Source: a virus (Duplodnaviria; Heunggongvirae; Uroviricota; Caudoviricetes). From it: 37,383 nucleotides of DNA. The number at the start of each line of letters is the position of its first letter. The first letter of the stretch is position 1. This document shows, piece by piece, positions 16,981-25,864 of the stretch. Position numbers and translations under genes: made by a program. Under the pieces are notes generated by a model, which saw only the letters and a list, made by a program, of their open reading frames with translations, was not told the origin of the DNA and searched no databases. The stretch is taken from IMG/VR virus record IMGVR_UViG_2737471869_000016, one strand, 5' to 3'.

Positions 16981-17602
16981 TTACTACAGATTTGAAAATA
17001 TCGGTTTTGCGTGATTCATCATCTGCATGGATAAATGAAACGAGGTTCCTGCCTGCTTTAATCAGGATGCCACGTTGCGTCTTTTCCACAGATGGGGTGA
17101 CGCGTGCAGATAACAGACAATTTTCATGTAACTGAAGAAACTTTTTTGAGGCGTAGCCGCCATGCAGTCGGGCTTTAATTTCATTATACATATCATCAAG
17201 AGAACCGGGTTCTCCTGATTCACTCAATACCGGATAGCCCTTCTTATCAAAAAGGCTGAGGATAGATTTACCATCATGTTCGAACAAGGTAACACCGTAA
17301 ATGTATTTCATTCGAAAGGTGAGGGCGTCGGTGGTGTAGATCTCCTCCTGACAACTGAAATTTTTGAGACGCCTGGCTAATTCATTAAAAACAGCACGAG
17401 CAGTAGCCGTGTCCTGCAGGGTGTAGGTATAAAGTACGAAGCCATCTGTGCCGATGAGCTTTACTAAGTTGTCCATAATCGTGATAGCGAGAACTAATGC
17501 AAAGGACAGATATTTTTCATCGTTGTCTACAGCTGTGCTTGCTGATTCGGGAATAATGTTCAGTGCATTATTAGCGTTATTTTCCGTGTTCTTAGTAACC
17601 AT
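16964..17602 (-). CDS. Hypothetical protein (212 aa) between the AlpA/Xis-like gene and piPolB
   Basis: ORF-track frame; overlaps the AlpA-like gene by 11 nt; no motif recognised. Confidence 0.6.
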   Translation of the reverse strand: MVTKNTENNANNALNIIPESASTAVDNDEKYLSFALVLAITIMDNLVKLIGTDGFVLYTYTLQDTATARAVFNELARRLKNFSCQEEIYTTDALTFRMKYIYGVTLFEHDGKSILSLFDKKGYPVLSESGEPGSLDDMYNEIKARLHGGYASKKFLQLHENCLLSARVTPSVEKTQRGILIKAGRNLVSFIHADDESRKTDIFKSVVNVIKS

Positions 17603-17792
17603 TTATATCACCTTTAAGTTTGTTTTGACGATGTGCATTTTCCCACTCAACAATATCGTCAAGAGAGAATCGTATAGCCCGCCCAATTCTGATGAAGGGC
17701 GGGAGTTTTCCGGGGTTGCGCGATATATCTGACGCAACCGTGGATGCAGAAAGATTAAATCTTTCTGCGAACTGCTTAATGGTTAAATACAT
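17592..17792 (-). CDS. AlpA-family HTH protein / putative excisionase (66 aa)
   Basis: YLTIKQFAERFNLSASTV ... IRIGRAIRFSLDDIVEWE matches the AlpA/Xis pattern; immediately downstream of the integrase. Confidence 0.75.
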   Translation of the reverse strand: MYLTIKQFAERFNLSASTVASDISRNPGKLPPFIRIGRAIRFSLDDIVEWENAHRQNKLKGDINGY

Positions 17793-17934
17793 AAACCTCC
17801 GGTTTCAGAGAATAAGAAGCCACGCGGATTTAATATCAATCCACATTCTGTGATGACTTAATGCAGGGCCCTGCAGAAGCATGCAATGACAATACCGTCC
17901 TTAAACGAGTGTTGCATCAATCACGAATCACAGA

Positions 17935-19071
17935 TCATAGGTTCATTTTTGTGTCATAACTTTCTATGACCTGAGAAACCACTGCGTGTGATGTCGCTGC
18001 ATTGTGAAAAGCGTAGCGACGGGTCGCCGTGAGTGAATGGTGATTTAGCAGATGGGAAGCGATTGCAATATCCCCGGTCGCCTGTAGTACCCGGGTGGCA
18101 AAGGTACGGCGCAGGTCATGCATCCGCAGGTTATCAATGTTGGCATCCCGACAAATACGGGCAAAGGTTGCACGCGGATATGCCAGAGGGCGGGCATTGT
18201 CGGTTAGTTGTGGAAAAATGTAAGTTTTGCTGAGCATCAGGTCTTGCTGGCACTGGACAACTGCAATGGCTGGAGGTGCAAGTGGGCAGGTGAAAGGGTG
18301 TCCGGACTTTGTATCAGGCAGTATGAGTTGATGCATATCCGGGTGCCAGTACTCCCATTTCAGGGTACATACCTCACCAATACGCATCCCCGTATAAAGA
18401 GCAAGCAATATAGAATCAGCTGCCGGTGTTTGCAGCGCTGTTGCCGCGTCAATAAAGCGCGGGATTTCTGTCGCTGATAGTGTGCGATAGCGAATGTTAT
18501 TTTCTTTCAGATAGCGGACATGTGACATCGGGGAATGTGTGATCCATCCAGCACGTACTGCCAGAGAGCATATTTTGGACAATATTGCGAGGATACGGTT
18601 TACTGTTGACGGACGTAATTTTTCCCGTAAGCCAGCAGCATATTGTTCTAGTTCTCCTGCCGTGATGTCGCGAAGTTGCCGCTTGCCCCAGAACGGGCGA
18701 ACGTAGAGGTTGAGTTTTGACAACTCTGACTGAGGACTCTTTTTATACAACTGCAAATCCGGTAGCCACAGGTCATTGATGGCCTGTTCCACAGTGAATC
18801 GACGGGACTGAACCGCAAGACGATTTTTATCAGCAAGCAGTTTCATCACATGCTGACGGGCATCCTCAACGCAGAGCTGAGGGAACTGACCCAGGGTTTC
18901 ATATATACGCTGATTGTTTATAGTGGTACGAAAGGCCAGCGTGATCCGATTGGGATACACCAGAGCACGCAGGTTTTGGCAGTGAATATCACGGTATTCC
19001 TGACAACCCGTGAGGGGATGTGGAAGTTGGTGAATTGATTTGTTGCTGAAACGCAGATCCAGAATAGGCAT
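17935..19071 (-). CDS. int: Tyrosine site-specific integrase (378 aa)
   Basis: Catalytic motifs LALYTGMRIGEV, HDLRRTFATRVL, LLNHHSLTATRRY (R..HxxR..Y). Confidence 0.9.
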   Translation of the reverse strand: MPILDLRFSNKSIHQLPHPLTGCQEYRDIHCQNLRALVYPNRITLAFRTTINNQRIYETLGQFPQLCVEDARQHVMKLLADKNRLAVQSRRFTVEQAINDLWLPDLQLYKKSPQSELSKLNLYVRPFWGKRQLRDITAGELEQYAAGLREKLRPSTVNRILAILSKICSLAVRAGWITHSPMSHVRYLKENNIRYRTLSATEIPRFIDAATALQTPAADSILLALYTGMRIGEVCTLKWEYWHPDMHQLILPDTKSGHPFTCPLAPPAIAVVQCQQDLMLSKTYIFPQLTDNARPLAYPRATFARICRDANIDNLRMHDLRRTFATRVLQATGDIAIASHLLNHHSLTATRRYAFHNAATSHAVVSQVIESYDTKMNL

Positions 19072-19213
19072 CGTATTTCTCCTGTAAATGACACTGGAAA
19101 AATACGATGTGAGGTTATAGTCTGCCAGTTACAGCTTTCACAGTTCATCAGGTGAAAAATGCTGATTCGGATATAATGGCAACACAATTCCATGTCGCCA
19201 TTATATTAAGAAA

Positions 19214-20344
19214 CTACAGTTTCATGATCTTGTTCGCTATTTTTTCGAAGTAAACCTCATTCTTAAGAAGAGTGATATTGTTAGTTTGAACACCCAGACC
19301 ACTGGACGTTGACTGGAAATTCATTGAACCACTTATCACTGTGGACTTTCCTGATAAAAAGGAAATCAACTCCTTGGAAGATGGTGCCCACTCAGGGTTT
19401 AAGAGTAATGCAATATAGATATATGTCTTACGAAGCAATTGTTCGATATCTTTTTTATGCCCTGTAGTGTTTTGCTTACCTTTAATGCAAATAGATTTGA
19501 TTATGAACTCATCAGGGCTGGTTAAAGGCGTTTTAAACTTATTCAGTGATCCATCGTTATGAATGACTTCATAAGGCAGCATAGATAAAATGATCAATGC
19601 AATCATTTTAGGATGATAAAGGTAGTTATCACGAATGATTTTTCCTGCCTTCATTGTATTGAGCGTTGTTTGAATAAATACAAAAAGATATTCAGAGCAA
19701 AAGTAACAAAACACAAGCCAGGATAGGTCAATGGCTGGAATGTTAATATCCTTAGGTAGTTTGTTTAGCCAGTATTCAGACTTCAAAAAGGTCCTGATTT
19801 CAACAGTATATTCATGCATTTTTGCGCTGAAATCAAGCATTGCTACTTGACCTGATTGTTCCGTAACTGTGTGGTCTATAAATGTTAGTGTATTGCACAT
19901 TTTATCCAGCGTGTTTTGAAAACAAGAAAGGAGTTCGGCATTATTATTACCATTAACCGCAGATGAAAGTTCAGTTTTAATAAATGCATCCAGTAGCATA
20001 CAGATTTCTTTCGGAATTACATTTTTACGGGATTGCTGTGAATAGAAATGTACTGCCAGTAAATTAAAGGCAGTGCACTCCTTTTTTAACCATTGTTCGA
20101 GCACTGGGACGTGCTGAAAAAAATTGATATGCTTAGCAGTAGATGCTGATGGAGACAGTACATGAAGAATATCTACAGCAGGCTTCATTTGCAATATTTG
20201 ATCGGATTCGGTAGTCGTCATTAGTTCCAGTAATTGCTGTTCAGAAAATAGTTTAGACAGGTGATCAATGTCTTTTTGGTATTGATTAAGTTTTGTTAAA
20301 TTCCCCGGTATACGGGTTACATTGTTTTTCATTTTCTCGAACAT
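19214..20344 (-). CDS. Hypothetical protein (376 aa), AT-rich
   Basis: Long ORF in a strongly AT-rich block; no motif recognised; location beside an R-M operon. Confidence 0.6.
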   Translation of the reverse strand: MFEKMKNNVTRIPGNLTKLNQYQKDIDHLSKLFSEQQLLELMTTTESDQILQMKPAVDILHVLSPSASTAKHINFFQHVPVLEQWLKKECTAFNLLAVHFYSQQSRKNVIPKEICMLLDAFIKTELSSAVNGNNNAELLSCFQNTLDKMCNTLTFIDHTVTEQSGQVAMLDFSAKMHEYTVEIRTFLKSEYWLNKLPKDINIPAIDLSWLVFCYFCSEYLFVFIQTTLNTMKAGKIIRDNYLYHPKMIALIILSMLPYEVIHNDGSLNKFKTPLTSPDEFIIKSICIKGKQNTTGHKKDIEQLLRKTYIYIALLLNPEWAPSSKELISFLSGKSTVISGSMNFQSTSSGLGVQTNNITLLKNEVYFEKIANKIMKL

Positions 20345-20850
20345 AATTTTATCCTCGTTTGAATTATTACACTGATTTAAAAAGTAGCATGTCGTGTTAG
20401 CGAGGTAATCCTAAAACGTGAATGGCAGCAGGGGCAAGCTTGAATCTGCGTAAGGATATGGCTTAAATTTAATGGTGTAATCAGTGAGTTAGAGGCTTAT
20501 AGCCATTTAAATACAATAAGTTATGATGATATGTGGCGGGTGTAAATCGGTTAGTTTTTATGGTTAAAATATGAGCGTTGTGAGATTTGAGATATGATGG
20601 TTTTTAAATTACATACAAGTTACCCCTGATGATCAGTATTAATACCAGAATGATACATGCGAGCAGCACCCAATCCTGTACTATTGATGATGGCTATACA
20701 AGGCTGAAACTTTGAGTTGTATGTTGCCAGGAGGATTAATGTCCACAAGGCCCAGATAGAATGATTTCTCAGATATTAAAGTTGAAACTTATTAACTATG
20801 TGAGAGGCTGATATTTATTCAGTCTCTCATTTGTTTTTATCGTTTTAAAG

Positions 20851-22086
20851 TTAAAAGGAAATAAATAATGCCTTCCGCCGATGAATCAATATGCTGATTT
20901 CCCTCAAATCAGCCTCAATACTACCAACATCACCAAAGACTTCACCTCTAATCTCACTTCGATTTTTCATGAAATTGGTGCTTAATAAGCTTTCTTTTTT
21001 TAATGCCATTAATTTTGGTTTTATATCGTTATAGAAGTGCTTATGGCTTACCCTGATGTTATGAATCGAGTAGTAAACTGTTTTATACATCAAAAATATA
21101 AGTAACTGGCCGAGAAGATATTCTTTTTCAATGTATTTATATTGAGAGGATTTTTCGCGTTTCGCCAGGTAGAAAACATGAGGTGCGATGATGGTGGGGA
21201 TAAAATCCAGTGCTGGAGAGGTTTTGGTTTTTTCTGTTTCTCTTCCGGATTGAAGATGTTGAAGTACAGAGTATGCAATGCTTAATATTATGGCATTGCT
21301 TATATTATTAATTTCAGTTGGGTAAATATGCAGGTTGCTTATCAATTCTGAAAGGCAAAGTAAAACACCAGTGATGTTGGGTTTTCTGCCAGAGATTGTG
21401 GTGCTGTTGAAAATGTGACGATTCTTACGACTTATATTGACAAGTTTATGAGTGCAGAACTCTATATGTTTGACGATTTTATCTTGACTATTTTTAATGT
21501 ATTTTGAAATGTTAGTGATCCGGCCATTCAACGTTAGTTCATCAAGCAATATATCATTTTTAATATTGCGAATTTCATCGCAATGTTTAGATTCAAAAAC
21601 TATCTCATGTAATACATAACTCGAAGTATTGCGTGACGATGCTGATATGTAATCTAAAATGGAATGCTCGACTTTGATTTTTTGTTTGTATTTTTTAATG
21701 CACTGTTTGATTGTTTTTTGTAGAGTATTTGAGATGTGTTTTTTATATTCTTTTAGAAAATCTTGCTCTAAAAAGAGTGAGGAGAAGATCAACTGCTGGC
21801 GAGATAATTTAATCTCAGGCTTGATCAATTTAATCCGAAAAACTCTTCCCTCCAACTCATAGCTGAACATGGAAGATAAGTCATAGTGGGGTGATAAATG
21901 TTCGAGTAACGACATTCGTGTATTCATTAGCCGTTTGAATTTATGGTCAGCATACATAAGTGTTTTTTTTATTTGCTCATCATAAAGTGGGCCGATAGCG
22001 CAGTTGGCAATACTCATTCTATCCGGAGACCTCCAGTCAGCAGGGGAATCACATTGACGGTCATCATTACTATCAAAGGGCATCAA
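20851..22086 (-). CDS. Hypothetical protein (411 aa), AT-rich
   Basis: Long ORF in an AT-rich block; Lys/Ile/Asn-rich; no motif recognised. Confidence 0.6.
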   Translation of the reverse strand: MMPFDSNDDRQCDSPADWRSPDRMSIANCAIGPLYDEQIKKTLMYADHKFKRLMNTRMSLLEHLSPHYDLSSMFSYELEGRVFRIKLIKPEIKLSRQQLIFSSLFLEQDFLKEYKKHISNTLQKTIKQCIKKYKQKIKVEHSILDYISASSRNTSSYVLHEIVFESKHCDEIRNIKNDILLDELTLNGRITNISKYIKNSQDKIVKHIEFCTHKLVNISRKNRHIFNSTTISGRKPNITGVLLCLSELISNLHIYPTEINNISNAIILSIAYSVLQHLQSGRETEKTKTSPALDFIPTIIAPHVFYLAKREKSSQYKYIEKEYLLGQLLIFLMYKTVYYSIHNIRVSHKHFYNDIKPKLMALKKESLLSTNFMKNRSEIRGEVFGDVGSIEADLREISILIHRRKALFISF

Positions 22087-22146
22087 CGTTGCCGATTATG
22101 GATGATGTCAGCTTCACACACCAGAATGGGTGATATATGGATCATC

Positions 22147-22184
22147 ATTACCCCAACGGCAGTTTTACACCATGGCTAATATGG
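22147..22184 (+). repeat. Copy B of the diverged direct repeat (core ATTACCCCAACGGCAGTTTTACACC)
   Basis: Matches copy A (11361..11385) with 2 mismatches in 25 bp; lies ~60 bp upstream of the 411-aa gene start and ~220 bp upstream of hsdM. Confidence 0.6.
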
Positions 22185-22389
22185 ATGCTATCTTACTAAG
22201 ATAATTGGTTTTTAGCGAGTGACGAGCCAGGTTGTGTCAGTCTGTCTCATGTCGATATTACGGGGATGATGCAAACCTGAATGCTGCGATATTGGCGTGT
22301 CAGGGGAGGCATCTTACGGTATCATTTACCGCAATTTTTAAGATGCAAAGCCCTGCATCGCTAGCTTTTTCTTCAGACCAGGATGATTC

Positions 22390-23913
22390 ATGAACGACAA
22401 AATCAGTCAGGACACGATCAACAAAGCCCTGTGGGCCGCGTGTGATACGTTCCGTGGCACCATCAGTGCTGATACCTATAAAGACTTTATCCTTACCATG
22501 CTGTTCCTCAAGTACATTTCAGATGTCTGGCAGGATCACTATGACGAATACAAAGAACAGTATGGCGATGCGCCGGAACTGATTGAAGCGATGATGGCCA
22601 ACGAGCGTTTTGTACTGCCAAAAAGTGCCAGCTTTTATGCGCTGTACGAACGCCGCCATGAGCCGGGTAACGGTGAGCGTATCGATCAGGCGCTGCATGC
22701 GATTGAAGAAGCCAACGGCACCAAACTGAAAGATGCCGGGAAAAGCGTGTTCCAGGATATTTCGTTTAACACTGACCGCTTGGGTGAAGAAAAACAGAAG
22801 AACACCATCCTGCGCCAGCTGCTGGAAGACTTTGCCGGTGAAGATCTTAACCTGAAGCCAAGCCGTGTAGGTACGCTGGACGTTATCGGTAACGCTTACG
22901 AATATCTGATTAAAAACTTTGCCGCCAGCGGTGGGCAGAAAGCCGGGGAATTCTATACGCCGCCGGAAGTTTCGGACCTGATTGCAGAACTGCTCGATCC
23001 GCAACCGGGTGATACCATCTGTGACCCTGCCTGTGGTTCTGGTTCGTTGTTAATGAAGTGCGGGCGTAAGATTGTCTCCGGGCATGAAAGCCGTAACTAT
23101 GCTTTGTTCGGTCAGGAAGCGATTGGCTCCACGTGGTCGCTGGCGAAAATGAACATGTTTCTTCACGGCGAAGACAACCACAAAATCGAGTGGGGCGATA
23201 CCATTCGTAACCCGAAGCTACTCGATAAAAATGGCGACCTGATGCTGTTTGATATCGTTACCGCTAACCCGCCGTTCAGTCTGGATAAGTGGGGCCATGA
23301 TGAGGCCGAGAACGATAAGTTTGGTCGTTTCCGTCGCGGTGTACCGCCGAAGACTAAAGGAGATTACGCCTTTATCTCGCATATGATAGAAACCCTGAAA
23401 CCGGGAACGGGTCGTATGGGCGTAGTTGTGCCACACGGTGTGCTTTTCCGTGGCTCCAGCGAAGGTAAAATTCGCCAGAAACTGATCGACGAAAATTTGC
23501 TGGATGCGGTAATTGGTCTGCCGGAAAAACTGTTCTACGGTACGGGGATTCCGGCTGCGATTCTGATTTTCAAAAAGCAGAAAGTGGATGACAAGGTGCT
23601 GTTTATCGACGCCAGCCGTGATTATAAGGCTGGTAAAAATCAGAACCAGCTCAGCGCTGAAAATATCCAGAAGATCGTTAACACCTATCGAGAAGGCGAT
23701 AACGTCGAGAAATACGCCTATCTCGCCAGCCTGAAAGAGATTCAGGACAACGACTATAACCTGAATATTCCGCGCTATGTTGATACCTTTGAGGAAGAGG
23801 AAGAGGTCGATTTGCTGGCCGTGCGTAAAGCGCGAGAGCAACTGAAGGTGGAACTGGCGAAACTGGAAACGGAGATGGCAGGTTATTTGAAGGAGTTAGG
23901 TTATGGTGCCTAA
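22390..23913 (+). CDS. hsdM: Type I restriction-modification system, DNA methyltransferase subunit (507 aa)
   Basis: SAM-binding motif I DPACGSGSLL, EFYTPPEV, catalytic motif IV NPPF (IVTANPPFSL). Confidence 0.95.
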   Translation: MNDKISQDTINKALWAACDTFRGTISADTYKDFILTMLFLKYISDVWQDHYDEYKEQYGDAPELIEAMMANERFVLPKSASFYALYERRHEPGNGERIDQALHAIEEANGTKLKDAGKSVFQDISFNTDRLGEEKQKNTILRQLLEDFAGEDLNLKPSRVGTLDVIGNAYEYLIKNFAASGGQKAGEFYTPPEVSDLIAELLDPQPGDTICDPACGSGSLLMKCGRKIVSGHESRNYALFGQEAIGSTWSLAKMNMFLHGEDNHKIEWGDTIRNPKLLDKNGDLMLFDIVTANPPFSLDKWGHDEAENDKFGRFRRGVPPKTKGDYAFISHMIETLKPGTGRMGVVVPHGVLFRGSSEGKIRQKLIDENLLDAVIGLPEKLFYGTGIPAAILIFKKQKVDDKVLFIDASRDYKAGKNQNQLSAENIQKIVNTYREGDNVEKYAYLASLKEIQDNDYNLNIPRYVDTFEEEEEVDLLAVRKAREQLKVELAKLETEMAGYLKELGYGA

Positions 23914-25135
23914 AGGTTGGATGCTTAAACAGTTGTCGGATATTGTAAAAGAAAAAATATCTTATGGAATTGTTCAGGCGGGACCACATATTCCTAATGG
24001 AATACCTTATATAAAAAGCTCTGACATTAGAGGGGCTATTGATCCTGCGTCACTGCAGAGGACAGCGCCTGAAATACATTATAAGTACAGACGTTCAGCT
24101 GTGCACCCTGGGGATATTATATTCTCCTTGAGAGGCAACATTGGCGAGACAGCCATAGTGCCTTCTAATTTATTAGAAGCGAATTTAACGCAAGGTACAG
24201 CACGGATATCAGTATCTGGTGATCAATGTAATGAGTTTTACCATCAACAATTTGCGATGGATAAATTACGTAATTATATTAATTCCTTGAGCAAAGGGAG
24301 TACATTTAAGGAAATTTCACTAGAAGAGCTACGTAAAGTTAAAGTTCTGTGTGCCCCCCTTCCTGAACAAAAGAAAATTGCTCAAATCCTGTCCACCTGG
24401 GATAAGGCAATTACGGTGACGGAAAAGCTTCTCGTCAACAGCCAGCAGCAGAAAAAAGCCCTGATGCAGCAATTGCTTACCGGGAAAAAACGCCTGCTGG
24501 ATGAGAATGGGGTGAGGTTTAGCACGGAGTGGGAGTTTAAAAGAATAAGTGAAATAGCAACGCGAGTTCAACGTAAAAATGATGCTGCCGAACATCCTAT
24601 TTTAACAATATCATCTTTGTCCGGATTTGTCCGGCAGGATGAGCGTTATAGTCGTTATATGGCGGGAGAAAGTGTGAAAAATTATATCCTGCTTAAAAAA
24701 GGTGAGTTTGCATATAACAAAGGAAACTCAAAAACATACGAGTTCGGATGTATTTTTGACCTTGAAGCATATGAAGCAGGACTGGTACCCCATGTCTATG
24801 TTTGCTTTAGATTAAAAAATGGGCTCAGTCACCGTTATTTTAAATATTTATTTGAGGCTGATTATCTCAAGCCACAGTTAGGGGCGTTAGTTAATACTGG
24901 GGTCCGAAATAATGGTTTATTAAATATCAAACCGACAGAGTTTATGCAAACAAAAGTCCCTGTTCCATGTTTTGAAGAGCAGGAAAGCATCGCTGATATG
25001 TTATATAACTCCAGCAGGACGATACGTGTTCTTCAGGATAAACTCGCCTGCCTGAAAGACGAGAAAAAAGCCCTGATGCAACAGCTACTGACTGGCAAAC
25101 GTCGTGTTAAGGTCGATGAGGCGGTTGCCGTATGA
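23903..25135 (+). CDS. hsdS: Type I restriction-modification system, specificity subunit (410 aa)
   Basis: Duplicated conserved segments KKALMQQLLTGKKRL (central) and KKALMQQLLTGKRRV (C-terminal) separating two target-recognition domains; start overlaps hsdM stop. Confidence 0.9.
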   Translation: MVPKGWMLKQLSDIVKEKISYGIVQAGPHIPNGIPYIKSSDIRGAIDPASLQRTAPEIHYKYRRSAVHPGDIIFSLRGNIGETAIVPSNLLEANLTQGTARISVSGDQCNEFYHQQFAMDKLRNYINSLSKGSTFKEISLEELRKVKVLCAPLPEQKKIAQILSTWDKAITVTEKLLVNSQQQKKALMQQLLTGKKRLLDENGVRFSTEWEFKRISEIATRVQRKNDAAEHPILTISSLSGFVRQDERYSRYMAGESVKNYILLKKGEFAYNKGNSKTYEFGCIFDLEAYEAGLVPHVYVCFRLKNGLSHRYFKYLFEADYLKPQLGALVNTGVRNNGLLNIKPTEFMQTKVPVPCFEEQESIADMLYNSSRTIRVLQDKLACLKDEKKALMQQLLTGKRRVKVDEAVAV

Positions 25136-25815
25136 AACTGACGAAAAGCGGTCCACTGACTGACCGGGAAATCGACTGGCTGGAAGAAATATTAATGAAG
25201 TATGGAATGGATGATTCTGTACTCTGTTTCTCTGAGCTGGATGGATTGCTGACGGCGATTTTATCAGGTCCAAATATGGTTTCACCCAATATCTGGCTGA
25301 GTGCTATTTGGGGAGGAGGCGATTATCATCCGAAATGGTCATCTGAGAGAGAGATGGAGCGTTTTGTCAGTCTGTGTTTTCAGCATATGAACGATATCGC
25401 TGGTTGCCTTTATGACGCCCCTGAACTGTTTGAGCCGATTTTCAATGAGCGTGAGGTAAAGGGGGAAAAATATACCATTGTGGAAGAGTGGTGTTTTGGT
25501 TATATGAAAGGAAAGTCACTGGATGACTGGTCTGGTCTTCCCGGTGAGTTACGGCCTTCTCTGGAAGTGATCGCTCTTCATGGCGTGGAGAAGAATTTTC
25601 CTGTACTTGAGAAAATGACCGGAGAGCAGTTTGAGAAAAGTATTTCCCTTATTCAGCCTGCTGCACTGGCACTTTATCAGTACTGGTTGTCAGTGAGAAT
25701 GTCAGAGGCATCATCCCGGCCTGTTCCAGTGAAGGGGGCAGAAAACATGCCCGGGCGAAATGACCCGTGTCCGTGTGGCAGCGGTAAAAAATTTAAGAAG
25801 TGCTGTCTGCATTGA
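25132..25815 (+). CDS. YecA-like (UPF0149-type) protein with C-terminal SEC-C metal-binding motif (227 aa), embedded in the hsd operon
   Basis: C-terminal GRNDPCPCGSGKKFKKCCLH is a SEC-C zinc-binding motif; overall length and layout resemble E. coli YecA as I recall it; ATGA start/stop overlap with hsdS. Confidence 0.7.
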   Translation: MKLTKSGPLTDREIDWLEEILMKYGMDDSVLCFSELDGLLTAILSGPNMVSPNIWLSAIWGGGDYHPKWSSEREMERFVSLCFQHMNDIAGCLYDAPELFEPIFNEREVKGEKYTIVEEWCFGYMKGKSLDDWSGLPGELRPSLEVIALHGVEKNFPVLEKMTGEQFEKSISLIQPAALALYQYWLSVRMSEASSRPVPVKGAENMPGRNDPCPCGSGKKFKKCCLH

Positions 25816-25864
25816 TGAATCTTCATGTGACCAGTAGCGAGTAGCGCCAGAAAGAAAAGGATTA

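Noticed and set aside
22519-23989. Minus-strand ORFs of 161, 207 and 103 aa inside hsdM
   Set aside because: They lie antisense within a gene with unmistakable methyltransferase motifs and have odd composition (Phe/Ile/Gln-rich); shadow ORFs.
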